64,000 nt of DNA, taken from NCBI RefSeq assembly GCF_009914755.1, contig NC_060926.1, one strand, 5' to 3'. The DNA is from the human T2T-CHM13v2.0 reference genome, Homo sapiens. The notes beneath the pieces are model-generated. The model was given only the letters and a program-made list of their open reading frames with translations, did not search any database and was not told the origin of the DNA. This document shows positions 24,407 through 38,160 of the stretch, piece by piece. The position numbers were made by a program, and so were the translations under genes. Position 1 is the stretch's first letter; every line of letters begins with the position of its first letter.

Positions 24407-25379
24407 TATTTTCAAGAGTGGAAAATAGGATAAATGCATTGGATGAAATGGATTTAGTTCTTACCTATATTTACCTCTCCTACATCATTTCTGACTCCTG
24501 TTCCTCTCTCTCGGCTCCAGCCACGATGGTCTTCTTTAGTTCTTCAAATACATCATCACACTTTCTCCTTCTCCTTAGAATGCGTATTTCTTTTTTCAAC
24601 TAGTTAGCTCCTATTTAATCTTCAATCTCAGCTAATTTCCTCTCTGACCACTATAACTATTCCCTCTCCCTGTAACCTAGACTCATTCTCCCTGCTATTT
24701 ATTCTAATTTTTCCCTAGGTGCTTTCTTCACAGTACCTATCACATAATTGCATGATTATTTGATTAATATTGGCTGCACCCATTTCACTGTAAGCTCCAT
24801 CAGGGCAAGGTCCAAATCTGCTTTACTTACCATGTATCTTCACCGCCTAACATAAGGCTTGGCACAAAATAGGTTCTTAATAAGTATTAATGATTGACTG
24901 AATAAATGCATGTTATAAAAGCCTCTAGTTGGGTAAGGAATGGGATTAGATGAATCCTAAGTGTTATCTAAAACACTGAGCTGTGTGTTTCCTGCTTAAC
25001 TCATAAATCTTTATATTGGTCCACTCACAGTGTAAGAATTTTCTTGTAATTCCAGTCCCCTATTTTTGCCCTATATAAGGTTAGGACATACTAATTTTCT
25101 TAATAATCTAGCCTCCAGAATAGATATCATAAAATAATATTCCTTGATAAATACTTATCATGTCAGGAAAGGTTCTAAGCAAAATGGGTACAGTGGTAAA
25201 CATTTGAATGTTGGAAAGTCAAGCAAAATGCCAAGTCAGTTTACTCTGCCCTGCAGAGAGCCATGCCCAGTCAGACAAACCTATGAAGAACTGAGCTACT
25301 TAGAAAGTCTAAGGCATAGGAGGAGGAATAGGAAGGACCATGGAAAAAGTAAGGGGCTGGAATAATACCACTACAAATA

Positions 25380-25630
25380 ATAACAATAACAATGACCAGA
25401 GTTAATATTTATTGAGTACATGTGCCAACGTCTGTTATTCCAGCAACATTATCTCAGTTAATTCCATGATACCTTCATAAGCAAGGACTATTGTTATTCC
25501 CATTTTATGTACATGGCAACTGAGGCAAAGAGCTCTTAAGTTACTTATCGAAGAATATCCAATAAGTAGGTGGTAGAGCTAGGATTTACACCCAGCAGTC
25601 AGCTTTATTTTCAACCATGCAATGCCTCCT
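25380..25630 (-). mobile_element. MIR SINE
   Basis: TTATTCCCATTTTATG...AACTGAGGCAAAGAG..TAAGTTACTT. Confidence 0.8.
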
Positions 25631-25834
25631 TAACAAAGGAGATAGGTTAGGAAAGGCAGATCTGGGCAAGTGTTGTATTATACAACAATAAAAAGGCTGT
25701 GGGGTCAAAAGCTATGGCTGTTAAAAGGTTAGGGTAACAGCCAGAAGAATCACCCTTAGGAAGGTTAAAATTTAGGACAACATCTATGATCCTTCCCAAA
25801 CCTTAAATCTTCATGCTTTTAAAAAGAATTTCCT

Positions 25835-26135
25835 GCCCAGGCGTGGTGGCTCACGCCTGTAATCCCAGCACTTTGGGAGGGGGAGGCGGGCGGATCACCT
25901 GAGGTCAGGAATTCCAGACCAACCTGGCCAACATGGTGAAAACCTATCTCTACTAAAACTACAAAAAAAAAATTAGCCAGATGTGGTGGCACTTGCCTGT
26001 AATCCCAGCTACTCAGCAGGCTGAGGCACATTTGAGCCCGGGAGGTAGAGGTTGCTGTGGGCTGAACAGCACCACTGCACTCCAGCCTGGGTAACAAAGC
26101 GAGATTCTATCTCAAAAAAAAAAAAAAAAAAAAAA
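25835..26135 (+). mobile_element. AluS
   Basis: Full dimer with poly(A); TSD AAAAAGAATTTCCTG / AAAAACAGTTTCCTG. Confidence 0.97.
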
Positions 26136-26856
26136 CAGTTTCCTGAATGTAGAACTGTTCTAATGCTGGCAGTTTTGTCTCCCATATCTGTCAAAAATTT
26201 TCCTGTTTATACCTACCCCCAAACCATGCACATCCAAGTCATCTGTTATTGCTGACAAAATTAAACACATCTATACACATGCAAGCCATTAAGACAAATA
26301 ACCTCACTCACTCACAAATAACCTAATTCTAACTCTCAGGAGAATAAGGATAACTTTTATGTGATAACAGCTCATGCCAAATCCTATACTCTTAGTACTA
26401 CTTGAACCCTCCCCCAAACTGCCCATGTCCCACCACCATAGGTGATGACTTCCAAATTCACATCTCACTTGGAACCACTGATAATCCCAGAGTCCATACC
26501 CCACCTCTGATTTCTTAACTTCCAGATATTTGCTCTTTAGTCTAAATGTCTAAGATGTCATATACAGAGTAAACAACCACAAACCACAATCATAATATTA
26601 GAAGTGTGTTTGCATGAGGATTGTAGGTAACTCCAGAAAAAGGGATTTACTGAGAAAGCACTGGGACCAAAAATAACATTTACAGCTGGTTCCATGAGTT
26701 AAGAATGTATGCTAATGAATATCCCATACCTCGATATTTATAATAAGTTCAGAGTCTACTGCAGTGAACATGTAATAAAATCTAGGACATATGAACACAA
26801 TTTCTTTGCCCTGTGTGATAAAATACTAAATTAAGGTTGATATATGCAAAATACCC

Positions 26857-27050
26857 TTTTACTTTATAAGGGTAAATTAATATTTACCCATTATAAAATA
26901 ATGATAAATGCCCATCATAAATAAATATTAAACTATTAAATAATGTTAAATAAATATTAAGTTTTACTTTATGATGGGTAAATGACTATTCATTATTTAC
27001 CCATCATAAAGTAATGATAAATACCCATCATGAATAAATATATATTGTTA
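26857..27050. repeat. Tandemly duplicated AT-rich inverted repeat
   Basis: Perfect 20-bp arms 26964-26983 / 26995-27014; imperfect copy 26857-26901. Confidence 0.9.
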
Positions 27051-27715
27051 AATTTTGCTTTTATTCTTCCTTTCATTAAAAATGTGGGAGTGGTATGCCC
27101 ATTTAAATAATTTATGCCTGTATTTTGTCTGCTTTTCAATATCGTTGAATTCCATGGCCCATAATAGCTACATAATGCAATGCAAGGCATAATAAGGACC
27201 ACCTCAAACATTTTGTCTAACACTCCATCAATCCTAGCAAACACATGATTTTGTTAAGTTCAATGGGTTGTGTTTATCTTCTTGCTTTTGAGGAGTTGCA
27301 TTTGGAGACATCAGTCACTATTTTTTTTATCCTTACCAAATTCATCTAAAGAACTGAGCCAGTCAATGCTCTAGTGACAAATAGGCCCAGAGAAAAGGTT
27401 TAAGTAAGAGGAGAGGCATCATGAAATTCTCATTTTGGCTTAAATAATGGTTTTCATAATAGAGTAGGTCATATTTTTTCATTCTTAAAATCTCAGTTGT
27501 GAAGAAATATGTCTTCAATAAATCTTACATGCTTATAAATCTATGTGTAATCCCTGACCTATTTTCCATTTTCTGTTGTAGTTCTATTACAGGGTAATCT
27601 AGACAGTTTCCATATTTTCTTGGGAAAATGCTTTAGAGGCACTAAAAAAACTTGAGTTAGATTATGTTCATAAAAATGTTGCATATAAATTATGTATCTG
27701 ATTTACTTAAAAATT

Positions 27716-28272
27716 GTGTAGCAAACAGTATATTCCAAAGATATCTTGTCCCTTTTATTCCACAGTCTCTTCTAGAACCTTCAATTCTAAAAGGTAGTCT
27801 AATTCCTCTCTTTTTTATTCTGGGTGAATTGGCAAGTTGCTTTTAACCAACAGAATGTGGTAAAAGTGGCAGTGAATGTCTTTCTGAGGCTAGGTCATTA
27901 AAGGTGATGAAGCTGAGATATAAGCTGAAACACTTTGGCTTGGACCCCTGAGCCACCGTATCAACAATCAGATTCTCCTAAGGCCACCATGCAGTAAGGA
28001 AACCCACACTAGCCTGTATGAAGAGACCACATAGCTGAGACAACCTGAGCAAAACAGAGAGACATCCAGCTTGTTTCCAGCTGTTCTAGCACCAGCTACT
28101 GCCTACCTATAACCATATGTCAGCCTCTGAGTCTGAACTGCCCAGCTGAATTTTTGTTGAATTTTTCTTGAATTACCAACCCACAGATACTCTGAGATAT
28201 AATTAAATGACTGCTGCACATTAAGCTACCAAGTTTTGCGGTACTCTGTTATGCAGCAATGGTAACTGGGAA
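27716..28272 (+). mobile_element. MLT1 (G/H-like) MaLR LTR
   Basis: ACCAACAGAATGTGG..AAGTG...TTTCTGAGGCTAGGTCAT; end TAAGCTACCAAGTTTTG...TGTTATGCAGCAATGGTAACTG. Confidence 0.85.
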
Positions 28273-28500
28273 AAAACTGTTTAAATGTTTAGGCCCTCAA
28301 AATGAATATTCAAAAAAAAATTAGAACAAAAGTAGAAATGTTTATATAAAATGAGAAATCAAAAATTATTTCCAAGTGACTGCTTATTTTCTCATAGCAA
28401 GAAAGTTTCCATTTTTGGCTTCCATGAAGGTAACAAAGTCAAACAAATATACACATTCTAAAGCTTAATCTTTTGAGGAGATAGACACCAATTTTCTTTA

Positions 28501-28922
<422 letters not shown>

Positions 28923-29477
28923 CCTTCTCATGATAGTTTCAACTGTTTCTGAGTTGTTTCCTACCTCTCATTATACCTACAAAAACAATTATGAGGATGA
29001 GGAAAGCGAAAAGCATAGGACATCATATATAATTTGTTATTACGTTGTATGTAATTATTTGTTATTACATCATATGTTGTTTATTAGCTGTTATTACTTG
29101 CATAAATGTATCAGAATCCTTGAAAGTGACTTTTCCTTACATAAATTAATATTGTCATCCGAAGACATTTTTGCTACTAAATTTCTTGGCAAACAGGTTT
29201 CTCATTAGGTAGCCTAATGTTTATGCTATGCTGAGCCAATGACATTCATAATATCTCATTTAGTAAATCCTGAATTAATGAGACTTCATTATTCTACCAA
29301 TATTTTAAATAGAATATGATATGAAGCATCAGTATTTCTTAAGAATAATCTTTACTACTATTGCAAAGGATATTGTTCTTTAATGTAGAAAGCATTTATC
29401 TAAGATTTTATTTATCCACACGCATGTTGACACATCAATAGTGAGAATTTTAAATACTGGGTCTTAAAAGTGTTTTG

Positions 29478-29735
29478 CTTACTTTATAATCAATGATATA
29501 TATTATCATAAAGATATATATATAATCATTTATATCTTTTTATCTTATATATTATATATTATAATCCTACATATAATCATTTATTATCATAAAGATATAT
29601 ATATTTCTTCCAGCATATTCCTTACTTTATGATCAAAGACATATAATCATATATATCTTTATATATTATATATAATCATTATATATTATATATATTATCA
29701 TAAAGAGAGAGAGATATATATATTTCTTCCAGTAT
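29478..29735. repeat. AT-rich degenerate tandem duplication / low complexity
   Basis: Two units CTTACTTTAT...TATTATCATAAAGA...ATATATTTCTTCCAG. Confidence 0.85.
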
Positions 29736-29895
29736 AGGACGATTCTAACATCTGTACTTTGAGCTATACTTAAATGTACTACTTTTACAGTTCAGTACAC
29801 ACTAAATTATCAAATTAAACATTGAGAATTATGAATGCCTGGCTTTTAAATGACTCCTTCTACATATATCATTTCTTTACAAATTTCTATTTTCA

Positions 29896-30024
29896 GCCAA
29901 ATGTGGTGCCTCATGCCTGTAATCACAGCACTTTGGTAGACCTAGAGAAGAGGCTAGGAGTTCGAGAACAGCCTGGTCAACATAGTGAGACCCTGTATCT
30001 ATTAAAAAAAAAAAACCCAAAAGC
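29896..30024 (+). mobile_element. FLAM / free left Alu monomer
   Basis: Single monomer plus A tail; perfect 16-bp TSD CAAATTTCTATTTTCA (29880-95, 30025-40). Confidence 0.92.
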
Positions 30025-30124
30025 CAAATTTCTATTTTCATTTTAAAGGTAATCACTCATAGAAGCAGACAGCAGAAGGAGAAGATAATGTGAAGATTAC
30101 AAATCTACTCACACTTTAAAACTC

Positions 30125-30155
<31 letters not shown>

Positions 30156-31541
30156 TTTTTTTCTATAATCTACCTGATCTTCCTCAGAAATCCTCCTCAC
30201 AAGCCAGCTTATCATGAACTGCCAGGAACTTCTGCATGTCTCGCCCTCCTAACCATACCATGCCACCATTTTCAGTCTCCTAAGTTTCTATATGTTGCCC
30301 ATGGACAACCTAGTCTAGTAAGTCTCCCCTTCCTGCCTCCACCCATGAGCCCACCCCAGGTTTCAAAGGACATCCAGGGTAAACATCCATTGTTTTCTGG
30401 CTTTCCTACTAACCTATTTAAGATGACCATTCCTATTGCATGAGCCGACCAAGCTGGAGAGGAGGCAATCACAATACCTATGAACCCCTTGCCACCTTTA
30501 ACTTTACCTGTCACTTTCAGTGCTCCCTGCACCCAGGTGAAAGGTGTAGTTTCTCCACCTCCTCTTTCATTATATATCCATTACAAATACATCATGCTCC
30601 CTCTTTGTAAGCTGACATTTTACACTATGTTTTCCCCAGAGGCTATAACGGCAGACGAAGGACAAGGAAATACTAGCTTACTAACATCTGAGCTTCAAGA
30701 AGGGAAAACCAAAGCTATTGGCAAATATACGGGCTGCATTGCCCACTTGGTATGACCAGCAGTGGTTTGGATTCAGACTAACTTTCATACAGGAAATAAT
30801 AGATTTTAACTGCCACCAGGTTTACTAAGAAAGATAACAGCAGTGGGAACAGCATGTTAACATGATTGCATCAAATACATCTTCAATAGATGTTCTTGCA
30901 GCAGCCTAGCTATTGCTTTCCTGATCCTATAAAAATATGCTCAAGTGAATTTTAAGAAATGAGATCTCACAAATATATGCAGGCTACTCTACATAAGGAA
31001 GTTTCATACATGAAGGGGACCATATCTTCTAATTACCTGTGAATGTATTTTCCAAGTCCCCGCAAGGTATACACTCAGTTAAGAGGGAACCATCCAAGGA
31101 AGCTGAGGTTATGTTTTCTTCAACAGATTTTCATATATTCGTAATCAGATGAGCTCCCAGGTCTGTATGTTAATTAACAGTTCTTTCAGTCCAAATCAGG
31201 AGTTGTTTTCACAGTAAACAGTATTGAACAGAGCTAATGTTCCAAACTTATCTTAAATAAGTATGTTCCTAAGGAAACAACATTGGGAGAGGGTAAAGCG
31301 ACGGTCATCTCATGCAAAACAGATTTAGGCTCAATAATGCCTTCTCTCAAAGGGTAAATCCAAAAACATATCAACAATTTAAAATAGTGATAATAATGCC
31401 TAATTTTTGGGAGAAATAGCCTGAAATTAAAATATCTGGAGTAACCACCAAAAGAATACATTTAGAATAAAAATTTCCAAACATGTAGAAAGCTGAAATG
31501 AAATTTTAAGAACAGACACAGGGTATTCCATCCAAAAGCAT

Positions 31542-31759
31542 GAAAAAGGAGTAGAGGAAAAGAGAGCAGGGGAGAGGGGAGGGGAGGAGGGGAGGGGAAA
31601 GGAAAGGAGAGCAGGGGAGAGGGGAGGGGAGGGGAGAGGAAAGGAGAGCAGGGATGAGGGGAGAGAAGGAGGGGAGGGGAAGAAAGGGAGGAGGAGAGGA
31701 GGGAATGGGAGGGGAGGCAAGGGGAGGAGAGGGAGGGAGGAAAGAAGGGAAAGAGAAAA
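31542..31759. repeat. GA-rich near-homopurine tract
   Basis: ~220 bp of (GGGGA/GGAGA/GGAAA)-type units with very few pyrimidines. Confidence 0.97.
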
Positions 31760-31940
31760 CACATAAGATGGTAGAAGAGAAATCCAAGCATATCAATTAT
31801 CTCTATCAGCATAAATGGACTCAACTATTTGGATTCAATTCAAAATAAATATTAGGTTAAATATAAAACATAAAAGCATAACAAAGTTATATGCTCTTTA
31901 TAAGAAATATAAAAGAAAATACCAAAGAACCTTTAAGTAG

Positions 31941-32242
31941 TTTTATTATTATTATTACAGAGTTTGCTCTGACACCCAGGCTGGAATGCAGTGATGTAAT
32001 CACACTTACTATAACCTTGAATTCCTGGGCTCAAGTGATACTCCTGCCTCAGCCTCCCAAGTAGCTGTGACTACAGTTGTGTGCCACCATGCCTGGCTGT
32101 TTTTTTTTTTTTTTTTTTTTTTTGGAGAGACAAGGTCCTGGTATGTTGCCCAAGCTTATCTCAAACACCTAGCCTTAAGTGATCCCCCCACTTCAGCCTC
32201 CCAAAGCACTGGGACTACAGAAATGAGCCACTATGCCCAGCC
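31941..32242 (-). mobile_element. AluJ
   Basis: TCCTGGGCTCAAGTGAT, long central T run; TSD CCTTTAAGTA / CCTTGAAGTA. Confidence 0.95.
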
Positions 32243-34632
32243 CCTTGAAGTAACTATATTAATGTCCCAAATAGACTTTAAGGCCAAGGAATTACTACAG
32301 ATGAAAAGGTAAGTAATGATAAAATTTCAATACATTACAAAGGAATACACAAATCAACAATGTTAGCAATGAAAAGAAAAACATAGAGATGTTTCAAAAT
32401 TTTAAGTTGGCTATTAAGGGCTATAATTAATAAATTTATAATACAATGTGGAAAACATAAACGCAATGAAAACATTCTGAGGAAAATACAACTTAACCAA
32501 AATTGACTCAAGTAGAACTAGAAAACCCAAATCATTTATGTAAGATTGGTTATAAAGGTGAGTTTTTCTAATCTTTTAAGGAATAAATTCAATCTCACAA
32601 ATTTTCATCCAAAGAATGAAAAAGGAAGACATATTTCTTAACTTACTTATCAGGCTATTACATACTATAACAAAACCATATCAGCAAAATACAAGAAATT
32701 ATTTCATTCTTCCTCATAACAGGTTGAACAAAATCATCAGCACACTGAATTCAGCAATGGATTAAAAATTAAATATTGTGAACTAAATATATGTAAAACC
32801 ATACAATTATTTCAATAAAGAGAGAAAAAGTATTTAATAAAATGCAATATTTTTTATAACAAAAATTGTTAGTATACTAGTAAGAAAATTTCATAATATT
32901 TATAGGATAGCTATTAAAAAAACTCATACCTATTGATGAAACTTGAAAGTATTCCCTATAAAGTAAAGAATAAAGGCAATAATGCATACTTTGACCATTT
33001 CCATTTAAGTTGCTAAAGGTTGTGGCCAGTGGAATAAGACAAAAACAAACAAACAAAAAACAATACAAGGTCTAAGAAATAGAGAAGATGAAACAAAGAC
33101 ACTTAACATTTGTAGATTACATGATTTATATTTATATACAATATAAAATAGTCTAAAGATAAATATTAGAATTATTGGACAATTTAACAAGATGAATACA
33201 AATAAACAAAGTCAATTGCCTCTCTATGTATTAACAATGATCAATTAGTAAACAGATGTTATAAAAAGATATCACTTAAAATAGCAGCAGAGCATGTAAA
33301 ATACCTAGAAGTATATATAACGAGATGTGTGAGCCATTTTTGAAGAAAGTTATAAAACACATATGAAGATTTTAAGGAAGATATAAATTTATGGAGAAGT
33401 AAACCATGCACTTAGATAAAAAGACTCAACATTTGCATGGAAAAGCAAATGGCCAAGATAGATATCATTCCTAAAGAAGAAAAACAATGTGTAGTGCTTT
33501 GCTCAGTCAGCTGTGAAGAATTTTTATACATTCACAGATATTAACATATTATGACATTGGTGTAGAGACAAACAATTCAATGGAATGGAATAGAGTATAA
33601 AAAGAAACTTGCACATACACAGAAACTTGGTTTTTGGTACAGTGAATACTGAAAGCCAGAGGGGAAGAAGAAACTATTCACTAAATGACTCTGGAACAAC
33701 TGGTTATCTATACAGAAGAAAGAAAAATGCATAAAATTGACTGCACAAAAACAGTTACTGGTAAATTCAAGATTTAAAGCCAAATTATAGCAATTGTAGA
33801 TTAATATATTTGGGATCCATATAATCTCAAGGTAGAGAAACACTTCTTAAATGGAGTATTAAAAAGCACAATTCATAAAAGCAATAAAAATACTTGATTA
33901 TATTAAAATTAAAGATTAATTTTACTAAGAGTCACCAAAAATAATAAAAACCCAAGCCATTCCACGTGAGAATTTATCTGCAACATAGAAAACTGAAAAA
34001 GAATTAGCTCTACTATATGACTACTACAAATAATTTTTTTAAATTAGTGATTCTATTAAAATGGTCACATGATATGAATAGGAATTTCACCAAAGAGGAA
34101 ACACAAATGGCCAAAAAACATGAAAAGATGCTCAGCCTCATTAGTTACCAGGGATATGCAAATTAAATCCCCAATGAGATAGCATTTCACAACCACCAGA
34201 TTGTCAACAATTTTAAAAAGTCAGACAGTCTCAAGTGTTGCAGAGGATGTGACACAATAGACTGATCATCTGCTGCTGGTCAGAGTGTAAACTGATACTA
34301 TAACTTAGGGAAATACTTTGGCATTCATTCATTCACTTAATATATAATAATTGACTATTTACAATGCATCTGGCAGTATTCTGGGGCTATAGCATAAAAC
34401 AGAAAAAAAAATTTCAAGTTGAACATGCACATCTCTTAAACCTGAAACTCACTTCCTGGAGATTATATGCCCTCAGAGTATAATTATATAACTCAGAGAA
34501 AGCTGTACATATGTATATACGTGAATGTTCAAACCAGTATTGCTTCTAATTAAATTAAGAAAGGTAATAACCAAAATGTGGATTATCAGTAGAATATATA
34601 AATAAATTGAAATGTAGGATATACAAAATATA

Positions 34633-34666
34633 TTAGGTTGATGCAAAAGTAATTGCGGTTTTTGCC
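34633..34666 (+). mobile_element. MADE1 / Hsmar1 terminal inverted repeat, single arm
   Basis: TA|TTAGGTTGATGCAAAAGTAATTGCGGTTTTTGCC. Confidence 0.9.
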
Positions 34667-35199
34667 GTACTAAATAAGCATTCAAAATGAATGAAATACA
34701 GCTACACATCAAAAAGTATGAATCTTAAAAATTATATTATGGATGAGTATGTGACAGTAGGCAAAAACTAAATATATTTTAAAACACGCATATTTAGTGG
34801 TAAACTAAAGAAAAGCAAGAGAATAATTAACACACAATTCCAGACAGGAATTACTTCTGGGAACTAAGGAAGAAGCAAGGGTTATCTGAGGTTAAGGTTT
34901 TATTTTTGAATAAGGGGCTAGATACATTGATGCCTAATTTTTCAAAGCTACGTAAGTTTTTATATACTTTCTGAAAATATTATATATTTTTCATTTAAAA
35001 ATACTCTACATTCTTAACATACTAATTAGGCTAAGTTTCTTTGCTTGGTTATCAATTGGGACCAAAACAATAAAGTAGTAAAATCAAGGACTCACAAATG
35101 TCACTGCTCATACATCATATAAAAACTAGTATATTCTAGTATTACCAATTAGTACAATCTTATGTTAGTGAAAATTAAAAGAAGCAATTTAAAGGCATT

Positions 35200-35510
<311 letters not shown>

Positions 35511-36987
35511 CAAAGGCATCAGAAAACTAAATGAAGGCTTTGTGATAATATGTGGTTATCAAGAACGAAATCTACAATATTGAAAGAAACTGTCTAAATC
35601 TTCAATTAAATTGGTTCTCAAAAATATTTTAGTTATGTAAATTCTTCCAAAGACATGCCAATCAAGGTAGAATCACTCTATAATTTACCCTATTAAGAAT
35701 TAAGCCTCAAAATTCACTAAAATGTTAGAAAATACTTTGTAAGAGTTTATCTAATGGAAAGCCATTCATATAGGCTGACTCAGCACAGCAGTTACAATGT
35801 TACAAATCATATTTAGTGAACATTATTCTAACATAATTTTAGTTTAAGACTAGCACAAGAAGCTAAGGTGATACTTTGCAGGATAAAAATATTGAAATAG
35901 AAGCTCCTTTTTAGAGGTTGATAATTATTTTGACTCTTTAAGACAAATTCTAATAAATAACTGTTCTCTAGACAGTAAGCTGGGAAGCTAGGGAGGATGG
36001 GAATGTGTCTGTCATCCTTGATGCATACAATAGTGTCTGCACAAATAAATGAATGATTTTTATAGAAATTAATGTAAGATTTTTATAATTTAAACCATTT
36101 TGCTATGAATTTAGCTTATTTTGAAAGTAAATTCTAAATCTATGTTGCTGTTGGTAGGCATCCATAAATATTAGTATTTAACTTGAGAAAAATTACATAA
36201 TTCACATAAAAAATAAGCATTGTAATAAATACTATCACTACTGTACATTTATGGGAAACTACACAACAGTAATTAAACTTATATAATGTATATTTAATTT
36301 CACCTATCAGATCAGGAGCCACAGCTATTTTTCAAAACATAGTAAGAAAAGAGGCTTGTGTGATCAAAGGTTCAGTGTATACTGTTCAATCAAGTAATCT
36401 AATTTCTAAACACCTACGTATTCAGAAATGTCAAGTGAAATTACTCCAGCCTAGGAAAGTTGTAGATTTTCAATTAATAGGTTAGTTATAAATGAAAAAC
36501 TGCTTTAACTATACTTCTCTATGACATACTTTGTATAGTCAACAAAAACAAGGTTCAGTTACCTTAAAATTACTCATCACATATATATAAAAACACATAC
36601 GTGCATGTATATATATTTATGAATATATATATACACACATTTTCTTCCAAGATATATAAATGTCATATATATTATATATACATGAAGGTAATTTTTAGAC
36701 ATTTTCTTTGGATTCTATAAATTAAGTGTTGTCTTTTTCACAGTATAGTTTTGATATGTATTCATAATGTTCTGTATTTCTCTAGCTTTGTCAGTTTCAC
36801 ACTGCTCTACAGTGTGAAATTGACAAGAAATGGTGCAAAACTGACAACTGAAAGCACAGAAATTTAACAAAAAATTACTATGCAAATTGTTTGAGAAAGG
36901 CTAAAAGGTAGATATTTGATAGCAATGACTATGTTCCAACTGATAAGATGTTTCAAAGAAACCCAGATTCTTTTAAATATATGAACC

Positions 36988-37076
36988 TATATAGATATAC
37001 ATCTCAGATATATCATATATACATATATCATATATCTCATATATACATACATGATATATATATGAATATATGTGTT

Positions 37077-37107
<31 letters not shown>

Positions 37108-37130
37108 GTGTATATACAGAGAGAGAGATA
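36988..37130. repeat. Compound (TA)n/(TG)n/(GA)n microsatellite
   Basis: Visible dinucleotide runs. Confidence 0.9.
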
Positions 37131-37559
37131 AATCTAGACAATAGCACACTACCTTCCCACCTTATAGGAAAAGATCTACAGTGTTCTTAAAATGAAATCT
37201 TAGAGTCATAGCTTCTGCATATCTCCCTAAAGTGGTAGCTCCTACTTTTGCATTCTTGTGGACAACTGTCATTTCAAACTTTCTCTCCACAACAACCTTC
37301 TCAACTTCCTTTACAACAAGTATGAAATACCAGTTTAAAAAAAGGAGTAGTGTGGTAGGTTCACCTTTGGTGTCCTGTATCTTTCCCTTCATTAAAATCT
37401 CATTGATTTATTGCCCTAACAAACCAGTTACCATTATTTGAGGGCTTCATGCCTCTTTTTATCTTCTTAATGCATGTCTTGCACCTCTCCATATCCTTTG
37501 TGTGTTTCCTTCTATCATCGGCCCATTCCAATTCTGGATATTGTTTTAAAAATATAATT

Positions 37560-38160
37560 ATATAAGTTTGGAATCACATGTCCTCACTCTTTCACTTACT
37601 AGCTGTAAGACCTAGAGGCAGTTATTTTCTGGGCCTCTGTTGCTCATTAGGATATGGGAGTATTAGTACTATACTGAAGCAATTTTTCATACGGTAAATG
37701 TGATTATACATAAAGCACTTAACATAGTAGTTGGCACAGGGTAAGACTTCAATACACTGTAGTGGTGGCGGCCTAGTGTTTTTATTACAAGTCACCCTTG
37801 AGTGCTCCTGTTCTAGGCTTTCTACATCATTTCACATTGACAAAGTCCAATATCAACACACAAGTAGTCAAAAAATTGTGGGCTACTTCTGTTTAATAAA
37901 TAACTTGTGACAATGATGAGGAGGAGATAATATAGTACTATTACTGCATTTGTGCTTTACACATCTATAGACATCATCTTATGTAATGCACATAGGATAT
38001 CTGTCAGTTTTGTAGATGTATAGCATTTTTCTTATTTGAAGCATGAGATAAAACACAGAGATGTTAAGTAGTGCAACTGGATGTTGACTGGACATTGAGC
38101 TAGTTAATGAAGAATGGAGATTAGAATCCACATTACTTTAACCCGAGTACTTTAACCACA
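37560..38160. mobile_element. Two MIRs in opposite orientation (~37560-37760 plus, ~37930-38160 minus)
   Basis: CACTTACTAGCTGTAAGACC...TAAAGCACTTAACATAGT..TGGCACAG; GAGATGTTAAGTA...GAGCTAGTTAATG. Confidence 0.65.

Larger units (their letters stand above)
23240..24910 (+). mobile_element. L2 (host of the provirus, MER5A and MER47B insertions)
   Basis: CTGTAAGCTCCATCAGGGCAAGG...CTTGGCACAAAATAGGTTCTTAATAAG..TGAATAAATG terminus; L2-like pyrimidine-rich sequence also at 16100-17170. Confidence 0.75.
31400..34900 (+). mobile_element. Ancient L1M/L1ME body, fragmented
   Basis: A-rich sequence with L1 ORF2 relics (CAAATAGACTTTAAGGC, CTGGAACAACTGGTTATC, CATGAAAAGATGCTCAGCCTCATTAG). Confidence 0.85.

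Noticed and set aside
31427-31848. Pro/Ser/Leu-rich and Gly/Glu/Arg-rich ORFs
   Set aside because: Artefacts of the stop-free GA-rich tract
37162-37441. Overlapping ORFs with VVKEVEKVVVERK
   Set aside because: Short, no recognisable family and no convincing splice sites
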